Source: Phormidium sp.
GTDB lineage: Bacteria > Cyanobacteriota > Cyanobacteriia > Cyanobacteriales > Aerosakkonemataceae
Length of the DNA stretch: 64,000 nucleotides
Direction: 5' to 3'
Assembly (NCBI GenBank): GCA_051013385.1
Contig: CP143273.1
Location: forward strand, 1,248,001-1,312,000
Below, piece by piece: positions 10,294 through 20,440 of the stretch (positions are counted from its first letter, which is position 1; each line of letters starts with the position of its first letter). The translations under genes were made by a program, and so were the position numbers. The notes beneath the pieces were generated by a model. It saw nothing but the letters and a program-made list of their open reading frames with translations, had not been told where the DNA came from and searched no databases.

Positions 10294-11067
10294 TCAAAGT
10301 TGACCAATCATTTTATGAGTTTGGGGAATTACCCGCACTTGTTTAACAAACCGCTTCATTAAACCTTGCCATTCTAAAACCAAATCAGGCGCAGGTGCTA
10401 ATATGTTTGGTTGATTAGCAATAGGCGTTACAGGTTGCAGAAACACCGGAATTTTCGGGTCGCAATTTGCTACTAATTCTCCAGCTAATTCTAACTCTTG
10501 GGGATTAGTTTCACTGGAAACGATCAGCTTGACAAAAGTTTCCAAGTTAGCATCATGGCATAACTTTAAAAACTCTTGATGCGCTGACCAATAATTTTCC
10601 CCACTGACACTGGGTAATTTGATATCCATACCCACAGAATCTAAATAGGGTAAAACCATTGCTAATTGTTCCGGGCGATGTCCCCCTGTTTCTAAGTAGA
10701 TGGGCAACCCCGTGATTTTACGTACTTGGGGGAGAAATTGAACTAAAAAATTTGCGTGAAGTAACGGTTCCCCACCAGTCAAACTGATGCTGTCATGCAA
10801 CCCCGGTTGGTTTTGCTTTTCTACCCAGTTCAATAATGATGGTAGCTCAACGGGATTGGGATAGTTGAGAAAATCGCGTTTTCCGGGTGTTTGTTCGATT
10901 TTACAGGTAGATGGTGTTTGCCAGGTGTGGGCGCTATCGCAATAATGACAACGCAAGTCGCAAATTGCGAAACGGATGAAGATTTGGCGAGTACCAACGT
11001 TTAGCCCTTCGCCCTGAATGGCGGAAAATAGTTCAATTAGTCGCGCTTTTGGGTAATTATCGGTCAT
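10294..11067 (-). CDS. queE: 7-carboxy-7-deazaguanine synthase (radical SAM)
   Basis: ELFSAIQGEG, CDLRCHYCD, SLTGGEP, PQTHK. Confidence 0.93.
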   Translation of the reverse strand: MTDNYPKARLIELFSAIQGEGLNVGTRQIFIRFAICDLRCHYCDSAHTWQTPSTCKIEQTPGKRDFLNYPNPVELPSLLNWVEKQNQPGLHDSISLTGGEPLLHANFLVQFLPQVRKITGLPIYLETGGHRPEQLAMVLPYLDSVGMDIKLPSVSGENYWSAHQEFLKLCHDANLETFVKLIVSSETNPQELELAGELVANCDPKIPVFLQPVTPIANQPNILAPAPDLVLEWQGLMKRFVKQVRVIPQTHKMIGQL

Positions 11068-11096
11068 TTTTAGTCTCATCTGCAAAGAAACAATAC

Positions 11097-11200
11097 TAGG
11101 AGTTACGCTCCAAACCCGGTTTTTGAACCTAATTGGGTTATTTCAGCGTCAGGGTAGTAACGAAAAACCGGGTTTCTTGGCTTATGGTGCGTAAGTTCTA
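11097..11200. mobile_element. MITE-like element with TAGGAGTTACGC/GCGTAAGTTCTA termini
   Basis: Imperfect terminal inverted repeats bounded by TA; internal AAACCCGG/CCGGGTTT arms. Confidence 0.65.
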
Positions 11201-11875
11201 AATACTAGCTTTTATTTTTCTGACTTAGTGCTTACACACAAACCCGGTTTCTTAACGTAATTCCTTGATTTGAGCCTGTGGGTAAGAAGGAGATGTTACC
11301 AAGTTTGTTTATCATCGAGAATAGGTGAATTTACATAAACTTATTTATTATTATATTAATCATTGTAAAAAAAAATTAAAATAATCAGTGTTTTCTTATA
11401 TTAAAATTATATTCACTAAGAAATTTATATGAAGCTTACAAAATAAGATTAGAGTATATTTTTTTAGTTAAGATTACGGAGAAAGGCTACCCAGAAATGG
11501 GGAAATCAGGTTATTCTTAATTTAAGAAATCCCCCAATGGTAATTATTTCTGCTTCTTTTCAGGTGCATTGTTTGACGTAGCAGTAAGGATTTTTAAGTA
11601 TAAAAGACCACTGGTATTTTTCGATAACCGAGTAAAAAATGTTGAAGTTATGACGATCGCAATCAGTATACACTCATCTGTTTCATGTAACTTAAAATTA
11701 ATCAAAAAAATGTTTACAGTACAGGTCAAACTCTACCCAGTGATTGACATCACAAAATGTAAGTACTTACTCTCACTACTTACTTCGACTAGTATCATAC
11801 TTTATTAAAGTGTTCAATCACCTGTTAAGCCCAAAAAAAATAGTAAATTAATATCAAGAGTTAACCGTTCTAGCA

Positions 11876-13267
11876 ATGCCAACTCAGACTTTTTTATCTC
11901 AAACTAAAACTACCCACTCAAGAGTGTTTAGAACTCACTCTTTTGACAATGCAGTAAGTGAGAGCGAGTCAGATGAATTTTCCCGTCAGTCAAATAGACA
12001 GGGAAAAAATATTGGTGCTGCACAAGAGGAAATTTGGCAATTTTTCCTGAATATTGTTAAATCTACTGCGCCAGAACTGGTGTTAACCGAATTTGAAAAC
12101 TTATTTATTAATCCTAGTTTTTCTTCCAACTCGGAGATAGAAAAAGCTTTGAAGCTCATAGTCTTATCTCAAAATGAGCAGGAGTTTAGAAATACTCTCA
12201 AACGTTGTATTTATATTCTACTCAACACCTGGATTTATAGCAGAAAATACCAATATGCTCAAAGTTTAATTGCAAAGCTTTCCGTTGTTCATCTTAACTA
12301 TCGTGGCTCATCTACATTTCTGCGTACTCTGAGAAGCTGGGTAATTAATTTTATTAAAAGCCTAGATTATCAAGAAGTAAAACTATTCGCTGCAAAATTC
12401 GATCGGCAAGGAAGAGAAAACTGGAAATATCGTTATACTTCTTTTTTACTAACTCCTCAGTATCTTAATTCTGACAATTCTTTAGAACAACGCCAAGCTG
12501 CGAGAAGATTGTCGCAACAGTTGCAAGATAAATACAAGTTTGATCTAGCAATGTATACGGCTCATTCTCATACTACTCCATCTTGGAATGACAAAGTTAA
12601 AAATCCCACTACTTTGGGTGATGAAGCCTTACGCTTAATTAAGAAAGTTCTAGCCAACGCAGGATTTTTTAATCATGTAAACCTAGCTAATATTTTTTTG
12701 AATCAAACTCAACAACTAAGTTACAATCATTTTAAAAAAAGTTTAATTAATTATCTAATTTTTTCTTTAGAAAGTGCAGGGTTGGTAGAATCTGTAAAAA
12801 CGCACCTAACCCAGAAGCTAGAAGATCTTTATGAACATGAAAATCAGCAAGTGTTGCGAAACGGTTTGATTTTAAGAACTTCTAATCGGGTGATTGAATA
12901 TTTAACTATTGGCAAGGATAACAAACCCTCCGATCTGTTTGTTTTAATTGCTTCCCAAGGAAATGCGTTAAGTTTAGGAATTTTAATTCTCAAACTATTA
13001 TTAATTTCTCCTCCTTCGCGGACTTATTTTGAACTATGTATCGCCAAATTGATTGATTATTATGGAAGTCACTCGGAGCAGGATTGTCAATGGGTAATTA
13101 ACTTTTTGGAGGTTAGTAAGATAATTTTAACCCTGTACACAGAGAAGGTAAAATATAGTTTAGTGAATATGGAGCGAGAAAATCTAGCTTGTCAGACAAT
13201 GATAGATGAAAATGGCTATCGAATTTTTTGCCAAAGTCATGGTGATGGTAATTTAACTCAATTTTAG
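11876..13267 (+). CDS. Conserved cyanobacterial hypothetical protein (predicted helical)
   Basis: 463-aa ORF; no recognisable catalytic motif. Confidence 0.75.
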   Translation: MPTQTFLSQTKTTHSRVFRTHSFDNAVSESESDEFSRQSNRQGKNIGAAQEEIWQFFLNIVKSTAPELVLTEFENLFINPSFSSNSEIEKALKLIVLSQNEQEFRNTLKRCIYILLNTWIYSRKYQYAQSLIAKLSVVHLNYRGSSTFLRTLRSWVINFIKSLDYQEVKLFAAKFDRQGRENWKYRYTSFLLTPQYLNSDNSLEQRQAARRLSQQLQDKYKFDLAMYTAHSHTTPSWNDKVKNPTTLGDEALRLIKKVLANAGFFNHVNLANIFLNQTQQLSYNHFKKSLINYLIFSLESAGLVESVKTHLTQKLEDLYEHENQQVLRNGLILRTSNRVIEYLTIGKDNKPSDLFVLIASQGNALSLGILILKLLLISPPSRTYFELCIAKLIDYYGSHSEQDCQWVINFLEVSKIILTLYTEKVKYSLVNMERENLACQTMIDENGYRIFCQSHGDGNLTQF

Positions 13268-13378
13268 TTGTTAATTTAGTTTCCCATTGGGTGAATTATA
13301 TTATTCCAGCTTGTTTGGGGAAATGGTGTTATTATTACCAAGGTTGTTCAGATAACAAAAGCAACTGAGGAAACGGCA

Positions 13379-14239
13379 ATGTTTGTGACAGAAAACACTT
13401 GGAAGCACGATCGCATCTACAGCAACGGGGTGAAGCTACATTACGTGACTCAGGGAGAAGGTTCCTTGATGTTAATGTTGCATGGTTTTCCTGAGTTTTG
13501 GTATTCTTGGCGACATCAAATTCCTGAATTTGCTAAAGATCATAAAGTAGTGGCTGTTGATTTGCGTGGCTATAATGATAGTGAAAAACCTGCAAATCAA
13601 TCTGCTTATGTAATGGATGAGTTTATTAAAGATGTGAAGGGAATAATTGAGGGATTGGGTTATAATAAGTGCGTGTTGGTAGGACATGATTGGGGTGGTG
13701 CGATCGCCTGGTGTTTCGCCTACGCCTATCCCGAAATGGTAGAAAAATTGATTGTTTTAAACTTTCCACATTTCGCTAAATTTGCTCAAGGTATTCGCAA
13801 TCCTCAACAGTTACTCCGCAGTTATTATGTATTTTTCTTTCAGTTACCTTGGCTACCAGAATTCCTGATTCAACAATTAGATTATCAGATGATTGAAAAT
13901 GCTTTGATTGGCATGGCTGTGAACAAAAATGCCTTTACTAAAGCAGATATTGATGCTTACAAAGATGCCGCAGCAAAACGTGGGGCATTAACTGCAAGTT
14001 TGAATTATTACCGCAATGTTTTTCAACAGAAGTTGTTGGGTGAAAGTTGGGGGTTTTTGGAAGTACCAACTTTGATGATTTGGGGAGAAAAGGATACAGC
14101 GCTTGGTAAAGAACTGACATTCGGAACAGAGGCTTATGTTAGGGATTTTCAGATTAAATATATTCCTGATGCTAGTCACTGGGTACAGCAAGAAAAGCCA
14201 GAGTTGGTAAATCAATATATGCGGGAATTTTTGGAATAA
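13379..14239 (+). CDS. Alpha/beta hydrolase (epoxide hydrolase-like)
   Basis: HGFPE, GHDWGG, SHWVQQE. Confidence 0.92.
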   Translation: MFVTENTWKHDRIYSNGVKLHYVTQGEGSLMLMLHGFPEFWYSWRHQIPEFAKDHKVVAVDLRGYNDSEKPANQSAYVMDEFIKDVKGIIEGLGYNKCVLVGHDWGGAIAWCFAYAYPEMVEKLIVLNFPHFAKFAQGIRNPQQLLRSYYVFFFQLPWLPEFLIQQLDYQMIENALIGMAVNKNAFTKADIDAYKDAAAKRGALTASLNYYRNVFQQKLLGESWGFLEVPTLMIWGEKDTALGKELTFGTEAYVRDFQIKYIPDASHWVQQEKPELVNQYMREFLE

Positions 14240-14312
14240 TTAGAATAAGGAAAGGTGCGTTACTACTGATTTAGAATTTTTGGAATAATTAGAATAAGGA
14301 AAGGTGCGTTAC
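14225..14312. repeat. 39-bp direct duplication (14225-14263 / 14274-14312) spanning the hydrolase stop codon
   Basis: gaatttttggaataattagaataaggaaaggtgcgttac occurs twice. Confidence 0.9.
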
Positions 14313-14336
14313 GTTGCACTAACGCACCCTACTATT

Positions 14337-14555
14337 TAGGGTTTGCTGAATAAAGGTAAAAAGTAAGATAGGCAAGGGTGAAAGCGCCTTTTTTGCTCAA
14401 AACAAGTTCCAGTTTTTCAGACCTTTTGGCGCAAAATCCTGGCCAATTTCTGCGGAAATTGTAGGGACACGGCATGAAAGAGATAACGTAGGAATTGCAA
14501 ATATTAATGATGCCGTGTCCCTACCCCCACCAACAGACTTTTTCAGCAAGCTCTA
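14337..14555. mobile_element. MITE with GGGTTTGCTGAA/TTCAGCAAGCTC TIRs and TA flanks, carrying a nested GTAG REP (14461-14524)
   Basis: TIRs visible; internal gtagggacacggcat...atgccgtgtccctac. Confidence 0.75.
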
Positions 14556-14556
14556 T

Positions 14557-17199
14557 TTAGTTCGGCTGGGTGGTACGACGGAACTGGTAAACTAAGGCAA
14601 GTGCGATCGCACCAACCAAAAGCAACAACCACTCCCCAGGTTCGGGAACTGCCGAAACAGGTGCATTCAAAGTGCTAGGTTGAGGTAACTGTTGATCTTC
14701 GATTTCACGATTAAAACGATCGCTTTTTTGTTCCGCCTGTTTTAAATCTTCCCGCTGACGATCGTTCACCAAAACAATCATCGAAGAATAAGGCGTAACA
14801 ATCCCATTTTGCTTCGCCACCGCATGAATCGCATCTAACTGTTTCACATCTTTTGGTTGCATTTGCCAACTTAAATGTGTCACCAATTGGCGTGCAGCTA
14901 TGGGAGTAAAACCGCCAACAGCTTGAGGCGCTTCAGTTGTTTGACTCACAAACCAAGCATAGCCATCAGCTAAATTAACTAAAGAATTTCCCAAAGTAGG
15001 CGGCGTACCAATCCCCTGCATCGCTGTTTTAATCTCACCCGCTACACCACCACCACTATCTTGAAGTGCTTGCAACGTCGCATCATCGTAAGCAGCGGGA
15101 AAACCACCTAAATGCACCATCCACAGAGGCGCAGACATCGAGAGTACCTGCTTACTATCTTCTGTGAGTTCGTAACTCCCCGCATCTGTGAGCAAGATAA
15201 TCCCATTGTATTTTGTATTTCCCTGCAACTTTTGGAACTGCTGCAACATTTGGCGATGCTGAAGCGTACCATAAAACACGGCTTGATTTGGGTTAAAACC
15301 TTGTAAATTATCTAAGCGTTTTGGTTCTCCCTGCGCCACTGTTAAATAAAGATCAGCATTATTTTGTTTGAGAACTTGTTCTTGCAACCAGCGAAAAGTT
15401 GCTACCACATCTGGACGATGGGCATTCATGCTATAAGAACCATCAAGAACGATCGCAAATCGTCCATTTTGGGGCAATTTATATTCTGCATCAAACGGTT
15501 TTGCTTGGATTAAATTACCTCCAGGCAGTGTTACTTGATGCACACTCGGTTGTACATTTGTTGCCGGAAGGTAATCGGGAAGCCATTGATCTTTTGCTCC
15601 CACATTCTTACCATTTATCATCCTTTTAGTTGCAGAATTCCAGTAAAGATTGCGCCGTTCTTGCAACTGGGGTAAAGGCCAAGTACTATTTTGTTCGAGT
15701 ACTTTATAAGTTAGCCAAAGGTGCATTTCTCCCTGATCTTTTTGGGGAATGGGAAAGGCACGCAGACGATAGTTACGGGGGCCCACTTGTTCGAGTAAGG
15801 CTGGATCGACGCGACGGGCGACTTCTTGATTGTAAACTTGTTGGGCTGCGCCACGAGGGGAAACAGTGAAGGGAAAACTCTTAGATCGATCGCCAGTTTC
15901 ACCCAACCAAACTCCAGTTATTACCGCCGTTTCCGGTAAAGAAAAGTAATAGAGAATTTCTTCTAAATTAGAAGTTTGATTCTGGTAAACTTCGTAAATT
16001 TCGATATCTGCCCAATCACCTTGGGGTTTAACAGTTATCTGTTGTTGTGCCAGTAAAACCCGCTGTTTATTAACATCCAACAATCCTGCTTTCGCTTCAT
16101 TTCGCATAAAGGTAGATTGCAGTGCTTTTTCAATCGCTGGTCTTTCTCCGCGAATAATGGGAGTATCGAAAAATTGAGCATAGAGTCCTGCGGCTTTTTC
16201 CTGATCGTTAGATTCACCTCTGTAAGTAAAAGGATAAGTCAGAAAGTCATACATCTGTTGTACGCTACGGGCGCTACTTTGCGACCCTAACAAATCTCGA
16301 TACATATAATAAACACTTTCATCCTTATACCGAGGATAACGGTAGGATGCTAAGTAAGCTGTTAGTAATCCATTGCGAATCACATTGGATTTTTGCAGCA
16401 ACTCTTGTCGAGCTTTTTCCGTTTGCGGTGGTGTTTTTAGCAGTTTGAAAGCTTCAATTTGTGGTTGTGGTTGGAAAAGGGCAAAAAGTCCTGTCCAAGC
16501 AACAATAACTAACACTGAAAATGCTATAGCTTGAGTCTTACTATAGCGAGATGCAAGTTGATCAAAGGTTTGTCGCCAAGCATGATAATAAGTTCTTGCC
16601 ATTCCCCAAGGCATACTGAAAAAACCAATTATTAGGACTGTCAGCGGTAAGACAATGACTGCAAAAACTAACAAATTTGCGCCATATCTAAGAAGATATA
16701 TGGCAATCGGCAGGTTGTAGAATACAACCACAATTAACAAATAAATTGCTATTCCCAGTAGTAAGGTATGGGCTAGGAAATGCCCCCAATTTGTGTTATT
16801 TGATTCTGGGTGACTGGCTGTAAGTAACCAATGGGTAAAGGCAATGGTTCCTATCAATCCAGTGAGCAATATTAATGTCGTTGCTGGGTTTAAATCTCGC
16901 AGTCCGAAGAAGCGTAACAGACATAACAAGAGAAAGGGCGCTTCTATGCCATAAAATATTTGAAACAGAGAGAGCGATCGCGCAAACACTCGTCGTTTTT
17001 GGGGAATAGCCCCCATAACTGTACAAGTTGTGGGTACGCCGACTAACCCAACAAAAGGTATAAGAAAATTGAAGGGAACTTGTCCGGCGATCGCATCTGT
17101 AATTATTGCCGGAGCAAGATAAGGTAAATATCCAAAGTAAACAATTAACAACAGGGTGACATTAAATACCCAAAAGAAAACCGCAAATGCCTTTTTCAT
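14557..17199 (-). CDS. TIGR02921-type PEP-CTERM integral membrane protein (VIT and vWA-like domains)
   Basis: N-terminal TMs, VDPALLEQVGP (VIT), VLDGSYSM (vWA), C-terminal VPEPGEW-TM-RR. Confidence 0.88.
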   Translation of the reverse strand: MKKAFAVFFWVFNVTLLLIVYFGYLPYLAPAIITDAIAGQVPFNFLIPFVGLVGVPTTCTVMGAIPQKRRVFARSLSLFQIFYGIEAPFLLLCLLRFFGLRDLNPATTLILLTGLIGTIAFTHWLLTASHPESNNTNWGHFLAHTLLLGIAIYLLIVVVFYNLPIAIYLLRYGANLLVFAVIVLPLTVLIIGFFSMPWGMARTYYHAWRQTFDQLASRYSKTQAIAFSVLVIVAWTGLFALFQPQPQIEAFKLLKTPPQTEKARQELLQKSNVIRNGLLTAYLASYRYPRYKDESVYYMYRDLLGSQSSARSVQQMYDFLTYPFTYRGESNDQEKAAGLYAQFFDTPIIRGERPAIEKALQSTFMRNEAKAGLLDVNKQRVLLAQQQITVKPQGDWADIEIYEVYQNQTSNLEEILYYFSLPETAVITGVWLGETGDRSKSFPFTVSPRGAAQQVYNQEVARRVDPALLEQVGPRNYRLRAFPIPQKDQGEMHLWLTYKVLEQNSTWPLPQLQERRNLYWNSATKRMINGKNVGAKDQWLPDYLPATNVQPSVHQVTLPGGNLIQAKPFDAEYKLPQNGRFAIVLDGSYSMNAHRPDVVATFRWLQEQVLKQNNADLYLTVAQGEPKRLDNLQGFNPNQAVFYGTLQHRQMLQQFQKLQGNTKYNGIILLTDAGSYELTEDSKQVLSMSAPLWMVHLGGFPAAYDDATLQALQDSGGGVAGEIKTAMQGIGTPPTLGNSLVNLADGYAWFVSQTTEAPQAVGGFTPIAARQLVTHLSWQMQPKDVKQLDAIHAVAKQNGIVTPYSSMIVLVNDRQREDLKQAEQKSDRFNREIEDQQLPQPSTLNAPVSAVPEPGEWLLLLVGAIALALVYQFRRTTQPN

Positions 17200-18728
17200 T
17201 GCCTTGCTCCTTGGAATTGTTGGGCGAGAGCTTGATGAACTTCAGTCAGAAAAGTTACAACCTCTGGGTTATCAGGTTGATAGGATTGATCGAATAAAAT
17301 TGAAACCATCACCCAACTAGGTTCTTGGCGTGTCACTTCTCCCCACATCCGGGAAATAAAATCATCCGTAGTGCGTTGGGAAGACTGATACCAATAAACG
17401 GCTTTGCGAGTTCCTCCATTTAACGATAGCCAACGTCCTGTAATATCAGGGGTGAGTTGCCGTTGTTCCATGCTGTTTACCCGAAATCCCATGCCAGCTA
17501 AACACAGTTCTGGTGCGTGTTGTGCTCGCCTAGTGATGCTGGAAACTAGTAACATGGAGCCAGAAACCCCATTAAATTCAAATCGCTGTTTTTGCGCCGT
17601 TGTACCTGGATACTCAGCAAAAAATTGCTCTTCAACCTTTGTCAAAGAAACACTTTGCAGCGGAAAAGACAAGGAAGCTTGCACATTTGTTAAAGGTACA
17701 GCTGTTGCTTTTAATAACGAATGAGGAATAAAAGTCAGTCCCAAAATACAAACAGTCAGCACCACTTGGACTAAGTAAGGATTACGCTTAGAAGTACCCA
17801 ACGAGATGGGAGAGCTAAATTGTTCTCTGCCCCTCTGCCCCTCTGCCCCTCTGCTCTCCAATGGTACGCCTCGCAAGAGTAACCAAGTCAACAAACAGGC
17901 AATGCTAAACCCAAAGATACCTAATGGTATGTGCAGTATGTGGGCGAGTTCTAGTTGATTGAAAGTGTAAGTTGTGACAACTAATGCTAGGACTCTAGCA
18001 ATATTAGCCAACATTAAAAGGACAATATTAGCGACACAAACGAGTAACCAATGTAGCCCAATGCGGCGATTTTCTAGCCAAGTTGCTGCTAGGAGAAACA
18101 ATGTTCCTACCCATAAACTTCTCATGCCACTGCAAGGTAAATCGACGTGGGCAATGCCATTTTCTAGGACAATGATATCTTCGGAAGAAATTGCGGCAAT
18201 GTGCCAGTGAGCGAGAATACGTTCGATCGCATGAGCAGTTAATAAACGGACAGGAAAGCCTAAACTTTTACTAAATTGAATGCTGAAGGTTAGTAAAAAG
18301 GCGAGGGTGACTGCTATGGCTAACCCTTTTCGCCAACGCTCAGGGTGAGAGAAAAGCCCCAGTAGCCCGTAGGTTCCTAAAATGAACAGTAGGACGGGTA
18401 GCTGTTCAATGTTGAGGAAGTGGGGGATTGCGATCGAGGCGATCGCACTTCCCATCATGACAATCAAGGGCAGGGGATGCAAGACCGGAACGGCTGAAAA
18501 ACTCAATTTTTCAAAATACCGTAGTCCTTGAATAATCAGCAGTATCCCTGCCAGCGCCACTAAAATTAAAGTAAAAGGGGCTGCTTCTGATAAGGTTTGA
18601 ACTAACCATTGCAAGCTCGGTAAATTCAAATACGCCCAACTCAAAACAAGTAGGCAACTTCCACCCAAAGTTGCCCAACTCAGGTTTTGATTGCTTTCCA
18701 AACGAATTAACTTTTCTTCACTAATCAT
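17196..18728 (-). CDS. xrtO: Exosortase O
   Basis: PCSG Cys, NIAR Arg, His in AHILH; C-terminal HAPELCL domain; 4-bp overlap with the PEP-CTERM gene. Confidence 0.85.
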   Translation of the reverse strand: MISEEKLIRLESNQNLSWATLGGSCLLVLSWAYLNLPSLQWLVQTLSEAAPFTLILVALAGILLIIQGLRYFEKLSFSAVPVLHPLPLIVMMGSAIASIAIPHFLNIEQLPVLLFILGTYGLLGLFSHPERWRKGLAIAVTLAFLLTFSIQFSKSLGFPVRLLTAHAIERILAHWHIAAISSEDIIVLENGIAHVDLPCSGMRSLWVGTLFLLAATWLENRRIGLHWLLVCVANIVLLMLANIARVLALVVTTYTFNQLELAHILHIPLGIFGFSIACLLTWLLLRGVPLESRGAEGQRGREQFSSPISLGTSKRNPYLVQVVLTVCILGLTFIPHSLLKATAVPLTNVQASLSFPLQSVSLTKVEEQFFAEYPGTTAQKQRFEFNGVSGSMLLVSSITRRAQHAPELCLAGMGFRVNSMEQRQLTPDITGRWLSLNGGTRKAVYWYQSSQRTTDDFISRMWGEVTRQEPSWVMVSILFDQSYQPDNPEVVTFLTEVHQALAQQFQGARQ

Positions 18729-18864
18729 ACTGTCTACACTTCCCAGTGGTTTTCTGACAGTTCTGAAGAAATGTTGCGAGTAAGTCGCTCCATTTCTCGG
18801 TCAAATTTCTGCTGACTTCAATTTCTCCGGGGGATATTCCAGATGGAATTCGTGTAAAGTTAAA

Positions 18865-18948
18865 TGTAGAGACGTTGCATGCAACGTCTCTACATTTAGC
18901 AACATCTCTACATTTAGCAACGTCTCTACATTCTTTTTTAGAGATGTC
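18865..18948. repeat. GTAGAGACG palindrome with two extra tandem half-copies
   Basis: tgtagagacgttgcatgcaacgtctctaca followed by 18-bp reiterations. Confidence 0.85.
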
Positions 18949-18965
18949 AATTTAGGTAATCGATA

Positions 18966-19397
18966 TTAATTATCGATGTTTTTTTTCGGTAAAAATTGTT
19001 TTAAAATTTCACTTGGTTGACGATCCCAGGTGTCGATATGTTCGTAAATTAAGCCTGATTTGGTTAATTTGTAAGTTGAGTAACCGTTAAAAAATATGTT
19101 AGCTTTCCAGGGAAGGCGTAACTTTCCTCTAACAGTCCAGTTGGCTAAAATAATATCTTCGGCGGTTTGTTTCACGTCATGCAAATCAAAGTAAAGTTCG
19201 GTGAAAAATAGCTTTCCGTGAAATCGCAGTGTCCAAAATATAATTCGATAATTGAATTTGCCTTTGAATTTGTTAACTGGGTCTTGAAAGTAGATATCTT
19301 TGGTGTAAATATCATAAGAAATGTCTTTCTCGAAAAGGGTGGGTAAGTCTTGTTCGAGAGTTGTGATTACTTGTTGTATTTGTTGTTGGTATTCCAC
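18966..19397 (-). CDS. DUF2358 (SnoaL-like) protein
   Basis: YDIYTKDIYFQDP, LPWKA...GYSTY, HIDTWD. Confidence 0.85.
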   Translation of the reverse strand: MEYQQQIQQVITTLEQDLPTLFEKDISYDIYTKDIYFQDPVNKFKGKFNYRIIFWTLRFHGKLFFTELYFDLHDVKQTAEDIILANWTVRGKLRLPWKANIFFNGYSTYKLTKSGLIYEHIDTWDRQPSEILKQFLPKKNIDN

Positions 19398-19497
19398 AAT
19401 ATTTTTTTAACCACGAAGGGACGATAGCGAAGCGAAACGCGATAGCGTTTTAGGACAGGAAGGAAGAGAAGAAGAAGAAAAAAGTTTTTTAGTGTTG

Positions 19498-20304
19498 CTA
19501 TGTAGAAGCATTAGGTTGTTGGAAAATGTAGATATCTTTAATTACTTTTACCCAACCGTCGGAAACATCCTCTAAAATGCGATCGCCTTTCTCCCGCGTC
19601 GCAGTAGTTGGATCGCCAATAACACCACTGCTACTTAAATCTTTCGTTACCCAAGCAAAAGGTAATTTCCCTTCCATACTCAAAAGGCTATCTTTTGGCA
19701 TTTCTGGGGGATATTCAGTAACAGCATTTTCCATTTTTACTTGTTCTGGCAAAATTGACAGCAATAAACTAGTTTCGGCATCTCCCGCATGAATGCCGAA
19801 CTCTCTTTCTTTTGAAGTTAGTAACTCGCCAACCTTGTGCGGAACTCGCCAAGTAAACAGAGGAAACACCATTAAATCATCATATTTTAAGTGTAAATCT
19901 CGCGCTGCAATTTCCATAATTTGTGGTTGTCCCCCGTGAGAATTCATTAATACTAACTTGCGAAATCCTGCCCGATAAATACTGTCGGCAATTTCGCAAA
20001 TAGTGGTAATTAAAGTTTGGTAACTTAGGGTAATTGTACCGGGAAAATGCCAATGTTCGTTAGATTTACCGTAGTAAAGAGTTGGTAAAGCATAAGCGGG
20101 AATTGCTGAGTCTAATTTTTCCAATGCTTTACCTAATACGGAGACAGCGATCGCAGCATCTACAATTAATGGTAAATGAGGGCCATGTTGTTCGATCGCA
20201 CCCACAGGCAAAATTAACACTACATTTGCCTTATCTGGCATTTCTTGAACTTCTTTCCAAGTTAGATAAGGAAAAAAACGTTTTGGGGGAATAAAGTTGT
20301 GCAT
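19498..20304 (-). CDS. Creatininase family protein
   Basis: EQHGPHLP, SNEHWHFPGT, NSHGG, HAGDAETS. Confidence 0.92.
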   Translation of the reverse strand: MHNFIPPKRFFPYLTWKEVQEMPDKANVVLILPVGAIEQHGPHLPLIVDAAIAVSVLGKALEKLDSAIPAYALPTLYYGKSNEHWHFPGTITLSYQTLITTICEIADSIYRAGFRKLVLMNSHGGQPQIMEIAARDLHLKYDDLMVFPLFTWRVPHKVGELLTSKEREFGIHAGDAETSLLLSILPEQVKMENAVTEYPPEMPKDSLLSMEGKLPFAWVTKDLSSSGVIGDPTTATREKGDRILEDVSDGWVKVIKDIYIFQQPNAST

Positions 20305-20440
20305 TGTCCGAAATTAATAGATAAAGTTACCATTTTTATTTCTTGCTGATGCCAAGTGCGCTTCTAAGTAGATTTTTTAAACAGTCTGGATACACCACCT
20401 TTCAGAATATGTGGCAATTTGAACCAAATTGTACACTTTC

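Noticed and set aside
18865..18930. Short repeated units as a possible mini-CRISPR
   Set aside because: Tandem half-copies of a REP palindrome with no spacers
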